DNA of 64,000 nt from Mobula hypostoma (Eukaryota), in assembly GCF_963921235.1 (NCBI RefSeq), contig NC_086108.1, positions 57,786,001-57,850,000 on the forward strand. Reading direction: 5' to 3'. The stretch's first letter is position 1. Every line of letters begins with the position of its first letter. Position numbers and translations under genes: made by a program. Below, piece by piece: positions 63,421 through 64,000 of this stretch. The notes beneath the pieces were generated by a model. It made no database searches and was not told the origin of the DNA. It saw only the letters and a list, made by a program, of their open reading frames with translations.

Positions 63421-64000
63421 TATATTGATAGAGAGGTGATGAAACTTTTGGATGGTACAAGAAATCTGCATGAATATTTTTTTTATTATTTCAAAATTGG
63501 ATTTATAAGGAAGAATATTCTGAAAAACAAACAGAACAAATACTAGGGGAACAAGTGGATGAATTAGCACATAAAAGTAAAGTGTGGTCCAGGTGAGAGG
63601 TACATCTGTGCTTCAGCAGCAGAAAATGGATGATGTAGGAGAATGCAAAGAAAATATAAGACTGAAATCATTAGGAGAATGTAAAAGGATTATAAAATCA
63701 GTTTCTCCAGGTACACAAAAACATTCCTAGGTAAATTAATAATAAAGAGATGATCTGGAAAGGAATTGGGACAGTACGGATTTATAGGATATTACCACGT
63801 GCAATATAGCAAAGTGGAGGAATAGTACATAATTACCATGTTTCAGCATTTACTCAGTTAGGTGCATATGTAACCTGAAGATGAGGTCAGAATTTATATA
63901 ACTGTGTTTTTTAAAATACAATAATGAAACTCAAAATTAATGCAATTCCAAAAGGCATTCAATAGACCAAAGGTTTAAATCCATGCTGTTTTGTTTCCAT

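Noticed and set aside
1..64000. Prokaryotic systems (CRISPR, retron, defence islands) suggested by the many RTs
   Set aside because: There are no operons or spaced repeat arrays, and all RTs fall into eukaryotic LINE, LTR or Penelope classes.

Overview
AT-rich vertebrate genomic DNA, most likely a cartilaginous fish (inferred from the CR1/Rex1/Penelope/V-SINE repeat mix). It is not prokaryotic and has no intact multi-exon CDS, rRNA, tRNA gene or CRISPR array. Well over half of the window is nested transposon sequence: Rex1/Babar and CR1 LINEs, three L1-clade insertions (one with an open 794-aa ORF2 fragment), a near-full-length HERO-like RLE retrotransposon, two decayed Gypsy LTR elements, a DD34E Tc1 element with IR/DR ends, a Tigger-like MITE, SINEs, and many Penelope-like (GIY-YIG) elements. 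The Penelope copies carry minimal hammerhead ribozyme motifs, and three of them form TSD-flanked inverted doublets. Between the repeats lie islands of unique sequence with a series of small + strand cassette exons (20-192 nt, one with a GC donor), most frameshifting or stop-containing. I read the window as part of one very large + strand intron carrying an array of alternative/poison exons. Several exon peptides match my unverified recollection of GPATCH8 isoforms. Other notable points: a 54-bp L1 target-site duplication, two independent L1 insertions truncated at the same codon, and an old 0.5-kb duplication ending in a perfect 18-bp hairpin.
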